DNA from: Escherichia coli
GTDB lineage: Bacteria; Pseudomonadota; Gammaproteobacteria; Enterobacterales; Enterobacteriaceae
NCBI RefSeq assembly: GCF_050920415.1
Contig: NZ_CP169309.1
DNA length: 64,000 nucleotides
Direction: 5' to 3' (one strand)
Shown one piece after another: positions 42,773-58,329 of this stretch. The translations under genes were made by a program, and so were the position numbers. Under the pieces are notes generated by a model that saw only the letters and a program-made list of their open reading frames with translations, ran no database searches and had not been told where the DNA came from. Within the stretch, counting starts at the first letter, position 1. Each line of letters starts with the position of its first letter.

Positions 42773-44409
42773 TGTTTCGCCCTCTTCGGCTCTGGATCTT
42801 TTTTGTCCTTCGCTTCAAATACCAGCGCGTTACTCTTCTCGTTGAGCGTTTTCAGCACCGGCTGCAGTTCACGCAACACCTGATCAAGGCGCTGCATATC
42901 CGCCACCATCTTGTTGTAGGCTGCGGAGCCAGGCTGGAAGCCCTGCATACTGCGATTCAACTCACGTAATGTAGACTGCATATCGGTCGGCAACTGCTGC
43001 ATCGACTGGCTGGCGAGGATCTTGTTCATGCTATCCAGCGTCGTTTGCAGGTTTTTCATGGTGCGCTGACTTTCAGAAAGCGTACTGGTCGCCTGCTCAA
43101 TCATCGGATTCAATGGCAGTTTGTTGATCTTATCCAACGCTTCCATCAGACGCTGCTGGATTTGCGCCAGGCCACCGCTAACGGTCGGGATAATCTGATA
43201 ACCATTAAACTCACGAATACCGGTAATAGCAGGGCTATTTGGATAGAAATCGAGATCAACATACAGTGCGCCAGTGACCAGATTTCCGGTCTTCAGCGAT
43301 CCGCGTAAACCACGTTTCAACAATTCGCCAAGGTGCTCAACAACATCCGCATTTTCACCAAGCTGCATTTTCAGCCGCTCTGGTTCGATACGAATCAGTA
43401 CCGGAATACGGTAATCATCGTTAAATGTCTGACGCATATTCGGCGCAAAGAATGGCACTTTGCTTACGGTACCCAGGCGAATACCCCGGAATTCTACCGG
43501 AGCTCCCGGTTGCAGACCGCGTACCGAATCTTTAAAGAACATCAGATAATCAATGTGATCGGTGTACAACGAATCCTGAATGCTCTTCTGATCATCATAC
43601 AAAACGAAAGCTGTTTTCGGTGCCACTGGCTGCCCTAAATCCAGACCTTCCGGCACATCAAAGCTGACACCGCCACTAAGCAGCGTTGTCAATGAGCCCA
43701 TCTCCACACGCATTCCCGCTGACGTCAAATCAACCGCAATGCCACTATCTTTCCAGAAGCGAACATTGCTGGTCACCAGTCGGTCATAAGGTGCATTGAT
43801 GAACAGTTGATAGCTGATATTGCGTTTTTGCGTATCGAAGGTGCTGGTTTCAACCGAACCTACCCGATAGCCACGGAACAGCACGGGATCTCCTGGCGAG
43901 AGCTGCCCGGCTTTTTTGCTATCGAGAATCACACGGATACCTTTCGCATCAGGCGGGGCCAACGGTGGCGAGTCCAGCAAATCGTATTTATCCATTTTGC
44001 TGCCTTTCGCGCCTGGCTGCAGTTCGATATAAACCCCAGACAGCAGCGTTCCCAGGCCGCTAATCCCTTCTCGACCAATCTGCGGTTTCACCACCCAAAA
44101 GACGGTATCTTTATGCAGCAATTTTTCCATACCGGAATTCAGCCGCGCTTTGATTTCAACGTGCGTCAAATCATCAGCCAGTGTGGCGCTTTCAACCACG
44201 CCGACGTCAACGCTACGGCTTTTAATGGTGGTTTTACCACCTTCTATTCCTTCCGCATTCGCGGTGATCAGGGTCACTTCCGGCCCCTGATGGCTGTAAT
44301 GATAAAAAAGAACCCAGGCCCCAATGAGCGCCGTGACGATAGGAAATATCCACACGGGAGACCAGTTCTTCACTTTCTGGATTTTGGCTTCCCCATTATT
44401 AGATTCCAT
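42769..44409 (-). CDS. pqiB: PqiB, MCE-domain envelope-spanning protein
   Basis: 546 aa from MESNNGEAKIQKVKNWSPVWIFPIV; start at internal Met of ORF. Confidence 0.88.
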   Translation of the reverse strand: MESNNGEAKIQKVKNWSPVWIFPIVTALIGAWVLFYHYSHQGPEVTLITANAEGIEGGKTTIKSRSVDVGVVESATLADDLTHVEIKARLNSGMEKLLHKDTVFWVVKPQIGREGISGLGTLLSGVYIELQPGAKGSKMDKYDLLDSPPLAPPDAKGIRVILDSKKAGQLSPGDPVLFRGYRVGSVETSTFDTQKRNISYQLFINAPYDRLVTSNVRFWKDSGIAVDLTSAGMRVEMGSLTTLLSGGVSFDVPEGLDLGQPVAPKTAFVLYDDQKSIQDSLYTDHIDYLMFFKDSVRGLQPGAPVEFRGIRLGTVSKVPFFAPNMRQTFNDDYRIPVLIRIEPERLKMQLGENADVVEHLGELLKRGLRGSLKTGNLVTGALYVDLDFYPNSPAITGIREFNGYQIIPTVSGGLAQIQQRLMEALDKINKLPLNPMIEQATSTLSESQRTMKNLQTTLDSMNKILASQSMQQLPTDMQSTLRELNRSMQGFQPGSAAYNKMVADMQRLDQVLRELQPVLKTLNEKSNALVFEAKDKKDPEPKRAKQ

Positions 44410-44413
44410 ACTG

Positions 44414-45667
44414 TCAGGACTCCTCATGCTCTGATTCAGGTTGACGATCCCACGACAAACGCGGGTCAAACGTCATCGCAGAAAACATTGTCATTATGAC
44501 GACTAAAGCAAACATTAATGCACCCATTGCTGGATAAATACTCATTAAACCTCCCATACGCACCAGCGCCGAGAGCACCGCGATGACGAAAACGTCAATC
44601 ATTGACCAGCGGCCTACAAACTCTACAACTTCGTAAATCAAATGCATTCTTTCACTGTCGCGCTTGCCATGCCCTTTGGCATCCCAGCACAGCCAGCCAA
44701 TCGCAATCATCTTTAACGTTGGCACCATAATACTGGCCAGGAAGATAACCGCAGCGACGGGATAAGAGCCTTCACTCCATAATAAGATGACACCAGCAAG
44801 AATCGTCGACGGCATTTTCGAGCCTAATAAATCCGTCACCATGATGGGCAAAATATTCGCCGGGAGATACAGCATGATGGACGTAACAAGCAGTGCGAGT
44901 GTCCATTGCAGGCTGTTTCTACGTCGAACGTATCCTTTCGTGCCACAGCGTGGGCACACTGGATCACCAGCTGGAAGAATTGCCGTGCAACAGGAGCACG
45001 AACGCAGCCCCTGACGTATCCCCGTGACGCCCGGTTTTAGCGGCTGACGCAATTCTGGCATTGGGGCGATATCGTCCCATAACCAGCGACGATCAACGCA
45101 CTGAAAGGCGCGCAGTTGCAGGACACAAAATAAACACCATGGGAGAAAGCTGCTGCCTACACCAATGCTGCCGTAGGCCATCAGTTTAACGAAACTCACC
45201 AGCACACCGGCGAGGAAAATCTCCGCCATTCCCCATGTTTTGAGTTGAAAAAGCACCCGTGCCAGTTGCTCTTTTAAACGGACCGGTAATTGTGCGCGAT
45301 TAACCAGTAACAGAATAGTTATCAGGCAAAAAGCGGGAACCAGTTGCACAAACAACAGGAAAAAGGTGCCGAGGCTGGCGTAGTCCTCAGAAAAAAGCAC
45401 GCTGGGAATTTCCAGTAATGTAATTTCACTGGTGACTCCTGCAACGTTCATTTTCACAAAAGGAAACAAGTTGGACAGCAACAGCATGAACAGTGCAGCC
45501 AACGCATAGGCGGTGGGACGCTGCCGAGGGGCATCCCACGCCACGGTTAACGTTGTGCCACACCGGGGACATGCCGCTTTCTGACCATGCTCAAGGCGCG
45601 GTAACGCCACCAGCATGTCACACTGCGAGCACAGGATGTGCTTCGCGGCATGATGATGTTCGCACAT
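44414..45667 (-). CDS. pqiA: PqiA, paraquat-inducible inner-membrane protein
   Basis: 417-aa polytopic ORF with CxxC zinc-ribbon pairs. Confidence 0.88.
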   Translation of the reverse strand: MCEHHHAAKHILCSQCDMLVALPRLEHGQKAACPRCGTTLTVAWDAPRQRPTAYALAALFMLLLSNLFPFVKMNVAGVTSEITLLEIPSVLFSEDYASLGTFFLLFVQLVPAFCLITILLLVNRAQLPVRLKEQLARVLFQLKTWGMAEIFLAGVLVSFVKLMAYGSIGVGSSFLPWCLFCVLQLRAFQCVDRRWLWDDIAPMPELRQPLKPGVTGIRQGLRSCSCCTAILPAGDPVCPRCGTKGYVRRRNSLQWTLALLVTSIMLYLPANILPIMVTDLLGSKMPSTILAGVILLWSEGSYPVAAVIFLASIMVPTLKMIAIGWLCWDAKGHGKRDSERMHLIYEVVEFVGRWSMIDVFVIAVLSALVRMGGLMSIYPAMGALMFALVVIMTMFSAMTFDPRLSWDRQPESEHEES

Positions 45668-45796
45668 TGGTACTCCTTAATGATGCGCTATTATACAGAT
45701 TGCTAACAAAGCGCTGGTTTTCGTGCCAGATAAACGTTACACATCTGGCAATTTTACCGTTGTCAGCAGCCTCTGTTTAAATCGACTATTTTGCGA

Positions 45797-47704
45797 TCAG
45801 CCACCATTTTTTAACGCTTCAAGATACTCCCAGCGTTCAAAGGCTTGCTCCAGCTCCTGCTCCGCAGCAGCCATATCAGCGAGCACTTTTTGCGTCTGCT
45901 CATGCGGCTGACTAAAGAAGGCAGCATCCGCCACCTGCGTCTGTAGGGCTTCCAGCTTCGCCTCCAGCTCTTCGAGCAATTGCGGCAGTTGCTCCAATTC
46001 GCGCTGCAATTTATAGCTTAGTTTGCTACTGCTGCGTTTTACAGTTTCTGCTTTTGGCGCGGCGGCTTCTTCGGTTTTTTTCACCGCAGGCTGTTTAAGC
46101 GCCACATACTGTTCTTGCTGACCACGGGCATCATGATAACCGCCGACATAACGACCAATTTTACCGCCGCCTTCGAAGATCCAGCATTCTGTAACCGTGT
46201 TATCGACAAACTGACGATCGTGGCTCACCAGCAATACCGTGCCCTGGTAGCTGTCGATCAGTTCTTCCAGCAATTCCAGCGTTTCGACATCAAGGTCGTT
46301 GGTCGGTTCGTCAAGAATCAATAAGTTGCTTGGTTTGAGGAACAAACGCGCCAACAACAAGCGGTTACGCTCACCGCCAGATAGCGCACGTACCGGCGTC
46401 ATCGCCCGTTTCGGATGGAACAGGAAGTCCTGCAAATAACCCAGTACATGGCGTGGTTTGCCATTTACCATCACCTCTTGTTTGCCTTCGGCCAGGTTAT
46501 CCATCACCGTTTTATCGGGATCCAGTTCCGCGCGGTGCTGATCGAAATAAGCCACTTCCAGTTTGGTACCGACGTGAATACGTCCGCTATCTGGTTGAAG
46601 TTGATCTAGCATCAGTTTCAGCAGCGTGGTTTTGCCGCAGCCGTTCGGACCAATCAAGGCAATTTTGTCGCCACGTTGAACCTGGGCAGAAAAATCTTTC
46701 ACCAGTTGCTTACCGTCAACCTGGTAGCAAACGTCTTCCATTTCGAAAACGATCTTACCGGAGCGGCTGGCCTCTTCCACCTGCATCTTCGCCGTCCCCA
46801 TGACCTCACGGCGCTGGCTACGTTCACGGCGCATTGCTTTCAGGGCGCGTACGCGGCCTTCATTACGGGTACGGCGCGCTTTGATCCCCTGGCGGATCCA
46901 CACCTCTTCCTGCGCCAGTTTGCGATCGAACTCGGCATTTTGTAGTTCTTCCACGCGCAGGGCTTCTTCTTTTTCCAGCAGGTACTGGTCGTAATTGCCA
47001 GGATAGGTCACCAGCTTGCCGCGATCGAGATCGACAATGCGCGTCGCCATATTGCGGATAAACGAACGGTCGTGGGAGATGAAAATAATCGTCCCATTGA
47101 AGGTTTTGAGGAACCCTTCCAGCCAGTCGATGGTTTCGATATCCAGGTGGTTGGTGGGTTCATCAAGCAACAGCACGCGCGGATTACTCACCAGCGCACG
47201 TCCCAACGCCGCTTTACGCAGCCAGCCGCCGGAAAGCGATGACAGCGCAACGTTAGGATCTAACCCCAGCTGTGCCAGCACTTCGTTAATGCGGTTTTCC
47301 AGCTGCCACAGGTTGTGGTGATCCAACTGTTCCTGAACCTTCGCCAGTTCGTTGAGATTTTTCTCGCTCGGGTCGTTCATCACCAGGCGCGAAATATCGT
47401 GATAGCGTTTCAGGTATTCCGCTTGTTCTTCAATGCCTTCGGCAACGAAATCATAAACGCTACCCTCAACGTTACGCGGCGGATCCTGTTGCAGACGAGC
47501 GACAATCAAATCTTGCTCGTAAATAATGCGACCGTCATCCAGCCCTTGTTCACGGTTGAGGATTTTCATTAACGTCGATTTGCCTGCGCCGTTACGGCCT
47601 ACCAGACAAACACGTTCGTTATCTTCGATATGCAGTTCTGCGTTATCGAGAAGCGGCGCGTCGCTGAACGACAGCCATGCGCCATGCATACTGATTAATG
47701 ACAT
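45797..47704 (-). CDS. uup: Uup, ABC-F family ATPase
   Basis: 635 aa, two ABC cassettes (GRNGAGKST, GPNGCGKTT), C-terminal coiled coil. Confidence 0.92.
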   Translation of the reverse strand: MSLISMHGAWLSFSDAPLLDNAELHIEDNERVCLVGRNGAGKSTLMKILNREQGLDDGRIIYEQDLIVARLQQDPPRNVEGSVYDFVAEGIEEQAEYLKRYHDISRLVMNDPSEKNLNELAKVQEQLDHHNLWQLENRINEVLAQLGLDPNVALSSLSGGWLRKAALGRALVSNPRVLLLDEPTNHLDIETIDWLEGFLKTFNGTIIFISHDRSFIRNMATRIVDLDRGKLVTYPGNYDQYLLEKEEALRVEELQNAEFDRKLAQEEVWIRQGIKARRTRNEGRVRALKAMRRERSQRREVMGTAKMQVEEASRSGKIVFEMEDVCYQVDGKQLVKDFSAQVQRGDKIALIGPNGCGKTTLLKLMLDQLQPDSGRIHVGTKLEVAYFDQHRAELDPDKTVMDNLAEGKQEVMVNGKPRHVLGYLQDFLFHPKRAMTPVRALSGGERNRLLLARLFLKPSNLLILDEPTNDLDVETLELLEELIDSYQGTVLLVSHDRQFVDNTVTECWIFEGGGKIGRYVGGYHDARGQQEQYVALKQPAVKKTEEAAAPKAETVKRSSSKLSYKLQRELEQLPQLLEELEAKLEALQTQVADAAFFSQPHEQTQKVLADMAAAEQELEQAFERWEYLEALKNGG

Positions 47705-47715
47705 TACTATTCCTT

Positions 47716-49824
47716 TCAGGCTGCGGTAATCAGCCAGCAGTTGTGGATCTGGCGGTTACGGGCGAAATCCTGGGAGAGCGTTTTTTGCGTAATTTCTTGT
47801 GCTTTCAGCCCCAGTTTTGCCAGTCCGTCAAGATCCATTCGGAAGCCACGTTTGTTGTTCGAGAACATGATCGTCCCACCAGCACGCAGCAGACGTTTCA
47901 AATCTTTCATCAGCGCCAGATGATCGCGCTGAACATCAAACGCATCTTCCATTCGTTTTGAGTTAGAGAAGGTTGGCGGATCGATAAAGATCAGATCGAA
48001 CTGTTCATTTGCCTCACGCAGCCACGCCAGGCAATCGGCCTGAATCAGGCGATGCGCACGCCCGGTTAGGCCATTCAGACGCAGGTTGCGTTCTGCCCAC
48101 TCCAGATAAGTACGCGACATATCCACGGTGGTAGTGCTGCGTGCACCGCCTAATCCCGCGTGCACGGTGGCGCTCCCGGTATAAGAGAACAGGTTGAGGA
48201 AATCTTTGCCTTTGCTCATCTGACCGAGCATACGACGGGCGATACGGTGATCGAGGAACAGACCGGTATCGAGGTAATCCGTCAGGTTCACCCACAAGTG
48301 AGCGTTATATTCGGTGACTTCGAGAAACTCGCCCTTCTCGCCCAGTTTCTGGTACTGATTTTTGCCCTTCTGGCGTTCACGGGTTTTCAGCACCAGTTTG
48401 TTTGGCGCAATCCCCAGTACAGAAATGGTTGCAGCGATAATATCGAACAGACGCTGACGCGCTTTGTGCGCATCAATCGTTTTTGGCGGTGCATACTCCT
48501 GCACCACCACCCAGTCGGCATAACGGTCAACGGCAACGTTATACTCCGGCAGATCGGCATCATACAGGCGATAACATTCAATCCCTTCCTGACGTGCCCA
48601 CTTCTCGAATTTTTTGAGGTTCTTACGCAGGCGGTTGGCGTAGTCTTCCGCTACCATTGCCGGTTTGCTGTCTGGTGTGCTTTCGGCAACGTGATAATTT
48701 TTCTGTACGCAGTCCAGCGGGCCGTTTTTCGCCTTGTACTGTTTGTCTGCACGCAGCTGCAGGCAGCTTAGCAGATCCGGCGAGGCACTAAACAAAGAGA
48801 GATTCCAGCCACCGAACTGGTTTTTCATGATTCGGCCCAGCAGGCTATGCAGTGCAATCAGCGCCGGTTCGCTGTCCAGACGTTCACCGTATGGCGGGTT
48901 GCTCAACACTGTACCGTACGGCCCTTTCGGCAGCGGATTGGTCAGTTGCGCAACATCTTTCACCTCAAAGGTAATCAGTTCACCAATCCCCGCAAGACGT
49001 GCGTTAGTGCGCGCACGTTGAATCACCCGGGCGTCGCTGTCCGAACCGTAAAAATGAGAGCTATACTCTGCCAGTCCTTTACGGGCGCGAGCTTGCGCTT
49101 CCGCTTTCACTTCCTGCCAGATAGCTTCATCATGCTGCGCCCAGCCGCTAAAGCCCCAACGCCCACGGTGCAAGCCTGGTGCGCGATCGGTCGCCAGCAT
49201 CGCCGCTTCAATCAGCAACGTACCAGAACCACACATTGGATCGAGCAGCGGTGTTCCCGGCTGCCAGCCGGATCGCATCACAATCGCGGCTGCCAGTGTT
49301 TCTTTGATCGGCGCAATACCAGCACGATCGCGATAGCCACGCAGATGTAAACCATCACCACTGAGATCAAGGGCGATACTGGCAGTTTCTTTATGCAGCC
49401 AGACGTTAACGCGGATATCCGGCGCATCGCGATCAACATTTGGACGCGGCAAATTTTTCCGCGTGAAAGCATCGACGATCGCGTCTTTCACTTTCATCGC
49501 GCCGTACTGGCTGTTGCGAATGGTGTCATTTAAACCACTGAAATGGACAGCGAAGGTCGCGCCAGGATTAAACATCTCTGTCCAGTTGATCGCCTGAACG
49601 CCGAGATAGAGGTCTAAATCACTGTAAACCTTACACTCGCCCAGCGGCAACATAATACGCGAGGCCAGGCGGCTCCACATCAGGCTCTGGTAAACAAGCC
49701 GTGTGTCGCCCTTAAAATGGACCCCACCCTGAACCACCTGGCATTCAACGGCCCCCAGGTTTTCCAGTTCAGTTTTTAACAGCTCTTCCAGCCCACGGGC
49801 CGTACTGGCAAACAGAGAATTCAT
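47716..49824 (-). CDS. rlmL: Bifunctional 23S rRNA methyltransferase RlmKL
   Basis: 702-aa ORF, THUMP plus two MTase domains. Confidence 0.9.
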   Translation of the reverse strand: MNSLFASTARGLEELLKTELENLGAVECQVVQGGVHFKGDTRLVYQSLMWSRLASRIMLPLGECKVYSDLDLYLGVQAINWTEMFNPGATFAVHFSGLNDTIRNSQYGAMKVKDAIVDAFTRKNLPRPNVDRDAPDIRVNVWLHKETASIALDLSGDGLHLRGYRDRAGIAPIKETLAAAIVMRSGWQPGTPLLDPMCGSGTLLIEAAMLATDRAPGLHRGRWGFSGWAQHDEAIWQEVKAEAQARARKGLAEYSSHFYGSDSDARVIQRARTNARLAGIGELITFEVKDVAQLTNPLPKGPYGTVLSNPPYGERLDSEPALIALHSLLGRIMKNQFGGWNLSLFSASPDLLSCLQLRADKQYKAKNGPLDCVQKNYHVAESTPDSKPAMVAEDYANRLRKNLKKFEKWARQEGIECYRLYDADLPEYNVAVDRYADWVVVQEYAPPKTIDAHKARQRLFDIIAATISVLGIAPNKLVLKTRERQKGKNQYQKLGEKGEFLEVTEYNAHLWVNLTDYLDTGLFLDHRIARRMLGQMSKGKDFLNLFSYTGSATVHAGLGGARSTTTVDMSRTYLEWAERNLRLNGLTGRAHRLIQADCLAWLREANEQFDLIFIDPPTFSNSKRMEDAFDVQRDHLALMKDLKRLLRAGGTIMFSNNKRGFRMDLDGLAKLGLKAQEITQKTLSQDFARNRQIHNCWLITAA

Positions 49825-49921
49825 ATCGTCACTTTTACTCTAAGAAAATTGTTGCGCATTATAGCTAATAAGCGCGTCATGTCATAAAGTTGAGGGCTTA
49901 TTTTCATTTGAGGACCGCACC

Positions 49922-51031
49922 GTGGCGACATTAACCCGGCTTTTTATTCATCCTGTTAAATCGATGCGCGGCATTGGTCTTACACATGCTCTGGCAGATG
50001 TCAGTGGTCTGGCCTTCGATCGCATCTTTATGATCACGGAACTTGACGGTACGTTTATTACCGCTCGCCAGTTTCCCCAGATGGTACGGTTTACTCCTTC
50101 ACCTGTGCATGATGGCTTGCATCTCACCGCACCAGATGGCAGTAGCGCATATGTTCGTTTTGCTGATTTCGCCACACAAGACGCACCAACCGAAGTTTGG
50201 GGCACACATTTTACCGCGCGAATTGCGCCAGACTCGATCAACAAATGGTTAAGTGGATTTTTCTCCCGCGAAGTGCAATTGCGCTGGGTGGGGCCACAAA
50301 TGACCCGGCGCGTGAAACGCCACAACACTGTACCTCTGTCATTTGCTGATGGCTATCCTTACCTTCTTGCTAACGAAGCCTCGTTACGTGATCTCCAACA
50401 ACGTTGTCCGGCCAGTGTAAAAATGGAGCAATTCCGCCCCAATCTGGTGGTTTCCGGCGCGTCAGCCTGGGAAGAAGATAGCTGGAAAGTGATTCGTATT
50501 GGTGATGTGGTGTTTGATGTGGTTAAACCTTGTAGCCGCTGTATTTTCACCACCGTCAGTCCAGAAAAAGGGCAAAAACATCCGGCAGGCGAACCATTAA
50601 AAACATTGCAATCTTTCCGTACTGCCCAGGATAACGGCGATGTCGATTTTGGTCAGAATTTAATTGCCCGTAATAGCGGCGTGATTCGCGTTGGCGATGA
50701 GGTGGAAATTCTGGCAACGGCTCCGGCTAAAATTTACGGCGCAGCTGCCGCTGATGATACCGTCAACATCACGCAACAACCGGACGCAAATGTAGATATT
50801 GACTGGCAGGGACTGGCATTTCGTGGAAATAACCAACAGGTGCTGCTGGAGCAATTAGAAAATCAGGGAATTCGTATCCCTTATTCTTGCCGCGCGGGCA
50901 TTTGTGGAAGCTGCCGTGTTCAGCTTTTAGAAGGCGAAGTCACACCGCTCAAAAAATCAGCAATCAGCAATGATGGCACCATTCTTTGCTGTAGTTGTGT
51001 GCCGAAGACTGCGCTTAAACTAGCGCGTTAA
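49922..51031 (+). CDS. ycbX: YcbX, MOSC-domain protein with C-terminal 2Fe-2S ferredoxin domain
   Basis: 369-aa ORF; C-terminal CRAGICGSC ferredoxin motif. Confidence 0.88.
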   Translation: MATLTRLFIHPVKSMRGIGLTHALADVSGLAFDRIFMITELDGTFITARQFPQMVRFTPSPVHDGLHLTAPDGSSAYVRFADFATQDAPTEVWGTHFTARIAPDSINKWLSGFFSREVQLRWVGPQMTRRVKRHNTVPLSFADGYPYLLANEASLRDLQQRCPASVKMEQFRPNLVVSGASAWEEDSWKVIRIGDVVFDVVKPCSRCIFTTVSPEKGQKHPAGEPLKTLQSFRTAQDNGDVDFGQNLIARNSGVIRVGDEVEILATAPAKIYGAAAADDTVNITQQPDANVDIDWQGLAFRGNNQQVLLEQLENQGIRIPYSCRAGICGSCRVQLLEGEVTPLKKSAISNDGTILCCSCVPKTALKLAR

Positions 51032-51570
51032 ACTGCCTGTTCGAGGCTGAAACTGTCAACATTAACCTGCGGTTTCAGCCTGTCATTCATGATTTTGATG
51101 GCGTCCCCCAACTGCATCGCGCGACCCGCAATAACAACGCAGGGTTGCGCCAACAGGCACAGTGCAGCATTTTCGCCAGATTCAACGACCAGCAAATTGA
51201 CTTGCTCGTGAGTGTCGCTCAACCAAACGCAGGCCGCATCGCCCGGCATGGGCACCCACATTTCACCATGGGAAACAAAATGCCAGCTTTTCGGCATTTG
51301 CGGTTTGAGATAACGAATTGCTACCAGCGCATTAAGCACCAGTTCGGCTTTTTGTTCTTTAGATAAATTAAAATCGCGGCATTTTTCTTCAAATGAGAAA
51401 TAGAGCGCGGCGTCGTCAACGCAAAAGCCTGCGGGAGAAAAGGCATCTGGAGTCAACATTTTGCGCGCAAAACGTGAGCGAAATAGCATACCATTGGCTA
51501 AATCGAGCATCATTCGATCGTGCTCTTCATCGTAATACCAACGCCAGTTATCGTCTGGTTTAATTCGCAT
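51028..51570 (-). CDS. zapC: ZapC, FtsZ-associated cell-division protein
   Basis: 180 aa [30 protein letters not shown]...; start at internal Met. Confidence 0.88.
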   Translation of the reverse strand: MRIKPDDNWRWYYDEEHDRMMLDLANGMLFRSRFARKMLTPDAFSPAGFCVDDAALYFSFEEKCRDFNLSKEQKAELVLNALVAIRYLKPQMPKSWHFVSHGEMWVPMPGDAACVWLSDTHEQVNLLVVESGENAALCLLAQPCVVIAGRAMQLGDAIKIMNDRLKPQVNVDSFSLEQAV

Positions 51571-51743
51571 TTGCCTCTCCCCTACCCTATAAAACCGCAG
51601 CAACACAATCCATTGTCGCTTCGCTTAATAACCTCAACAATAAAAGTACAAAATGTCTAAATAAGCAACAGCGATGAATATAAAACAACCAGGGCTTAAA
51701 ATAAAGCCCTGATTATCTTATAAAGAGAAATTCAAAGAAATAA

Positions 51744-52754
51744 TTAGATATGGTTAACGATTTCTTTAATCAGCGGCGGTCCTTTAAAAATAAAACCAGA
51801 ATAAATTTGCACCAGTGAGGCCCCCGCAGCAATCTTTTCACGCGCAGCGATAACCGAGTCAATGCCGCCAACACCGATGATCGGTAAGCGACCGTTTAAT
51901 TCCTGAGACAAACGGCGAATAATTTCGGTGCTTTTTAACTGTAGCGGACGACCACTTAAGCCCCCAGTTTGATCGCAATTTTTCATACCCTGTACCAAAG
52001 AACGATCGAGCGTGGTATTGGTTGCAATAACGCCATCAATATTATGGCGAACTAAACTATCGGCAACCTGGATCAATTCTTCTTCAGAAAGATCCGGCGC
52101 GATCTTCACTGCGATCGGCACATATTTATGGTGCATCGCTTGCAAATCATTTTGCTTATTTTTAATCGCGGTTAAGAGATCATCCAGCGCTTCGCCATAT
52201 TGCAGTGTGCGTAGTCCTGGGGTATTCGGCGATGAAATATTGATGGCGATATATCCCGCATAAGCATAGATTTTTTCCATACAAATCAGATAGTCATCTT
52301 TACCCTGCTCCACCGGCGTATCTTTATTTTTGCCGATGTTAATACCCAGGACGCCATCATAATGGGCTTTTTTTACGTTCTCTACGAGGTTATCAACGCC
52401 AAGATTATTAAAGCCCATACGGTTGATCAAACCTTCGGCATCTACCAGACGAAAGAGACGCGGCTTGTCATTACCTGGCTGTGGACGTGGCGTGACGGTA
52501 CCGATCTCGATAGATCCAAACCCCATCGCGCCTAACGCGTCAATGCACTCCCCGTCTTTATCAAGACCGGCTGCCAGACCAAGCGGATTTTTAAACGTCA
52601 GGCCCATGCAGTTAACAGGTTTCGCAGGCACTTTCTGCCGCACCAGTGCTTCAAACGGCGTTCCTGTAATACGGCGTAATTGCTGAAAAGTAAACTCATG
52701 AGCGCGCTCTGGATCGAGCTGGAAAAGGGCTTTACGAACGAAGGGGTAGTACAT
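51744..52754 (-). CDS. pyrD: Dihydroorotate dehydrogenase (quinone)
   Basis: 336 aa [21 protein letters not shown]...; start at internal Met. Confidence 0.93.
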   Translation of the reverse strand: MYYPFVRKALFQLDPERAHEFTFQQLRRITGTPFEALVRQKVPAKPVNCMGLTFKNPLGLAAGLDKDGECIDALGAMGFGSIEIGTVTPRPQPGNDKPRLFRLVDAEGLINRMGFNNLGVDNLVENVKKAHYDGVLGINIGKNKDTPVEQGKDDYLICMEKIYAYAGYIAINISSPNTPGLRTLQYGEALDDLLTAIKNKQNDLQAMHHKYVPIAVKIAPDLSEEELIQVADSLVRHNIDGVIATNTTLDRSLVQGMKNCDQTGGLSGRPLQLKSTEIIRRLSQELNGRLPIIGVGGIDSVIAAREKIAAGASLVQIYSGFIFKGPPLIKEIVNHI

Positions 52755-52864
52755 GAACTCTCCTGGATTCCCGGTGTGCAAACCGGGGGCGTATTATGTG
52801 CGAGTTCGGACCAAAAGGGAATTGACCTGCGGCAAAAAAAACGCAAACGTTTTCAGAACCTGTT

Positions 52865-53575
52865 TCAGGGCAGATCTTGCTCCTTCTTTGCACTCAAACC
52901 GCCGTAATCATTTATCGCCCGCCAGGCGACATGACACGGTGCTATTGCCTGACACCAGCTTGTCTGACGCTGGCTTTTAGGCGGTACAACTCCCGCATTA
53001 CTTAACGCTTTACCATTTACGCTCACCTGAATCAGGTTAATATAGTACGGCGTTGGGTTAGTGAGTTGCAAACCCTGCGAATTCCGTGACCAGCGTAATT
53101 GTTGATAAGCTTCCAGCGGGTCGCCCGGCAAACCTTCGGGTCGCCAGAACAGTTTAAATACCGAGCGCATCGCTACTTTTACGTTCTGATTTTCTACTTT
53201 GCCGGATGGCACGCTGGCAATGTTTAGTTCAAATAGCGTTTCGCGATCCACAGGCAACATGTCACTTTCCGTTCTCAGTAAGCGCAATGTGCCTGTAGTA
53301 CTTGGCTTCAGAAAAACAAGCGGCGGAGCGGCCAGTAATGGTACTGGCACTGTCGACGCTTCACCCCCGGCCCAACGAGTTGAGCGATTGATTTTACTGT
53401 TAATAAGCCAGGATTCCTGACTGGTATTAGTCAGTGAGATAGATATCGATTCTCTGTGTGCCGGGAAGATAAATCGCGTTCCTCCAACCACCACGCCAGC
53501 CTGCAGTTCACCCGCCACCAGCAGCGATAAAACGGCAAAAATAGAGAGCGTCAATCTGTTCCACGGATTAGTCAT
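52865..53575 (-). CDS. ycbF: Fimbrial periplasmic chaperone (PapD family)
   Basis: PapD-like chaperone sequence; last gene of elf/ycb cluster; start at internal Met. Confidence 0.8.
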   Translation of the reverse strand: MTNPWNRLTLSIFAVLSLLVAGELQAGVVVGGTRFIFPAHRESISISLTNTSQESWLINSKINRSTRWAGGEASTVPVPLLAAPPLVFLKPSTTGTLRLLRTESDMLPVDRETLFELNIASVPSGKVENQNVKVAMRSVFKLFWRPEGLPGDPLEAYQQLRWSRNSQGLQLTNPTPYYINLIQVSVNGKALSNAGVVPPKSQRQTSWCQAIAPCHVAWRAINDYGGLSAKKEQDLP

Positions 53576-54086
53576 AATGAAGTACAAATGTCGCGCTGGC
53601 ATTTACTTTACCCGACTGCACATCGCTATTGACAGGTCGCAATTGCGCATAAAAAGTTAATGGCACCTTACCACTGTGTAAGATGTAGTCTTTACTCGCC
53701 TGGTTAAGCGGAATCAATATCTTCGCATCATCCAGAATCGCAATCGCTAACCCACTGGCGGTATCCGTACCACTTTCAATGGACAACATTTCGCTCTTCA
53801 TTCCGTCGGGTGTTCCTGAAAAAGTGACGTCAACGGTGCTGACATCTGTTCCGCAATCCTGCAAATTAATGATGAAAGATTTCTCCGGGCCATAATTCCC
53901 ATGAGAAAAACGTGTCAGTGAGACATCGCCTAACTGCACATTGCTTTGCTTGCTATCCTGTGCAAGCACGCATGTATTACGGCGAAACGATCCGCTGATG
54001 TTAACCGTGCCATCATGGGCAAACACCTCACAGCTCCCCATCCATCCCACCAGGCACAGAATCCAGATTATTCGTTTCAACGTCAC
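53568..54086 (-). CDS. ycbV: Fimbrial-like adhesin subunit
   Basis: 172-aa ORF with signal peptide and fimbrial subunit C-terminus. Confidence 0.8.
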   Translation of the reverse strand: MTLKRIIWILCLVGWMGSCEVFAHDGTVNISGSFRRNTCVLAQDSKQSNVQLGDVSLTRFSHGNYGPEKSFIINLQDCGTDVSTVDVTFSGTPDGMKSEMLSIESGTDTASGLAIAILDDAKILIPLNQASKDYILHSGKVPLTFYAQLRPVNSDVQSGKVNASATFVLHYD

Positions 54087-54089
54087 TCC

Positions 54090-54632
54090 TTACTGATAAA
54101 CCAGATCAAAATAGAGAACCGCCGTCGCATTACCGCCCGTTGCTCCCGCCTTAGTGGACTTATAACGAAGTTGATATTTGAGTGTGTTATCCCCCGCTTT
54201 TAAAGGTGTAAGAGGTTGGACCTGATTGAGCGGGATTTCTTGTTGACTTTGCGCATCAAGAATTTGCACAGCAATCCCCGTTGCCATACCACCACTTCCG
54301 TCTGTGTCAGTTAGTTTGAGTAGTGTCGGCGCAAGGGGGTCAGCCTCGCCGCTAAAAAGGACGTCCGCGCCAGCAATACCAGCGGCACAACCGGTGATAT
54401 CGATACTCAAATCAGCAGCAGTGCTTACGGTATTCGCGGTCTGAAAATCACTGATATTAAAATCACCAATATGAATATTTTGTAATGCGCTTTTGGTGGC
54501 GACATCACAGCCCTGATCGACCACATTACCATAAATATGCATACTGACTTGTTCAGGCCCAGCCATCCCTACATGGGTGTTAAGAAGGCTAAAGAACAAG
54601 ATAACGCACTGAGATATAGTTTTTTTCTTCAT
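54090..54632 (-). CDS. ycbU: Fimbrial-like protein
   Basis: 180-aa ORF, signal peptide, C-terminal LYFDLVYQ beta-strand. Confidence 0.8.
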   Translation of the reverse strand: MKKKTISQCVILFFSLLNTHVGMAGPEQVSMHIYGNVVDQGCDVATKSALQNIHIGDFNISDFQTANTVSTAADLSIDITGCAAGIAGADVLFSGEADPLAPTLLKLTDTDGSGGMATGIAVQILDAQSQQEIPLNQVQPLTPLKAGDNTLKYQLRYKSTKAGATGGNATAVLYFDLVYQ

Positions 54633-54643
54633 ACGTTCACGCG

Positions 54644-58305
<3,662 letters not shown>

Positions 58306-58329
58306 CTCGCTCTCTTAACTGAAGACGGC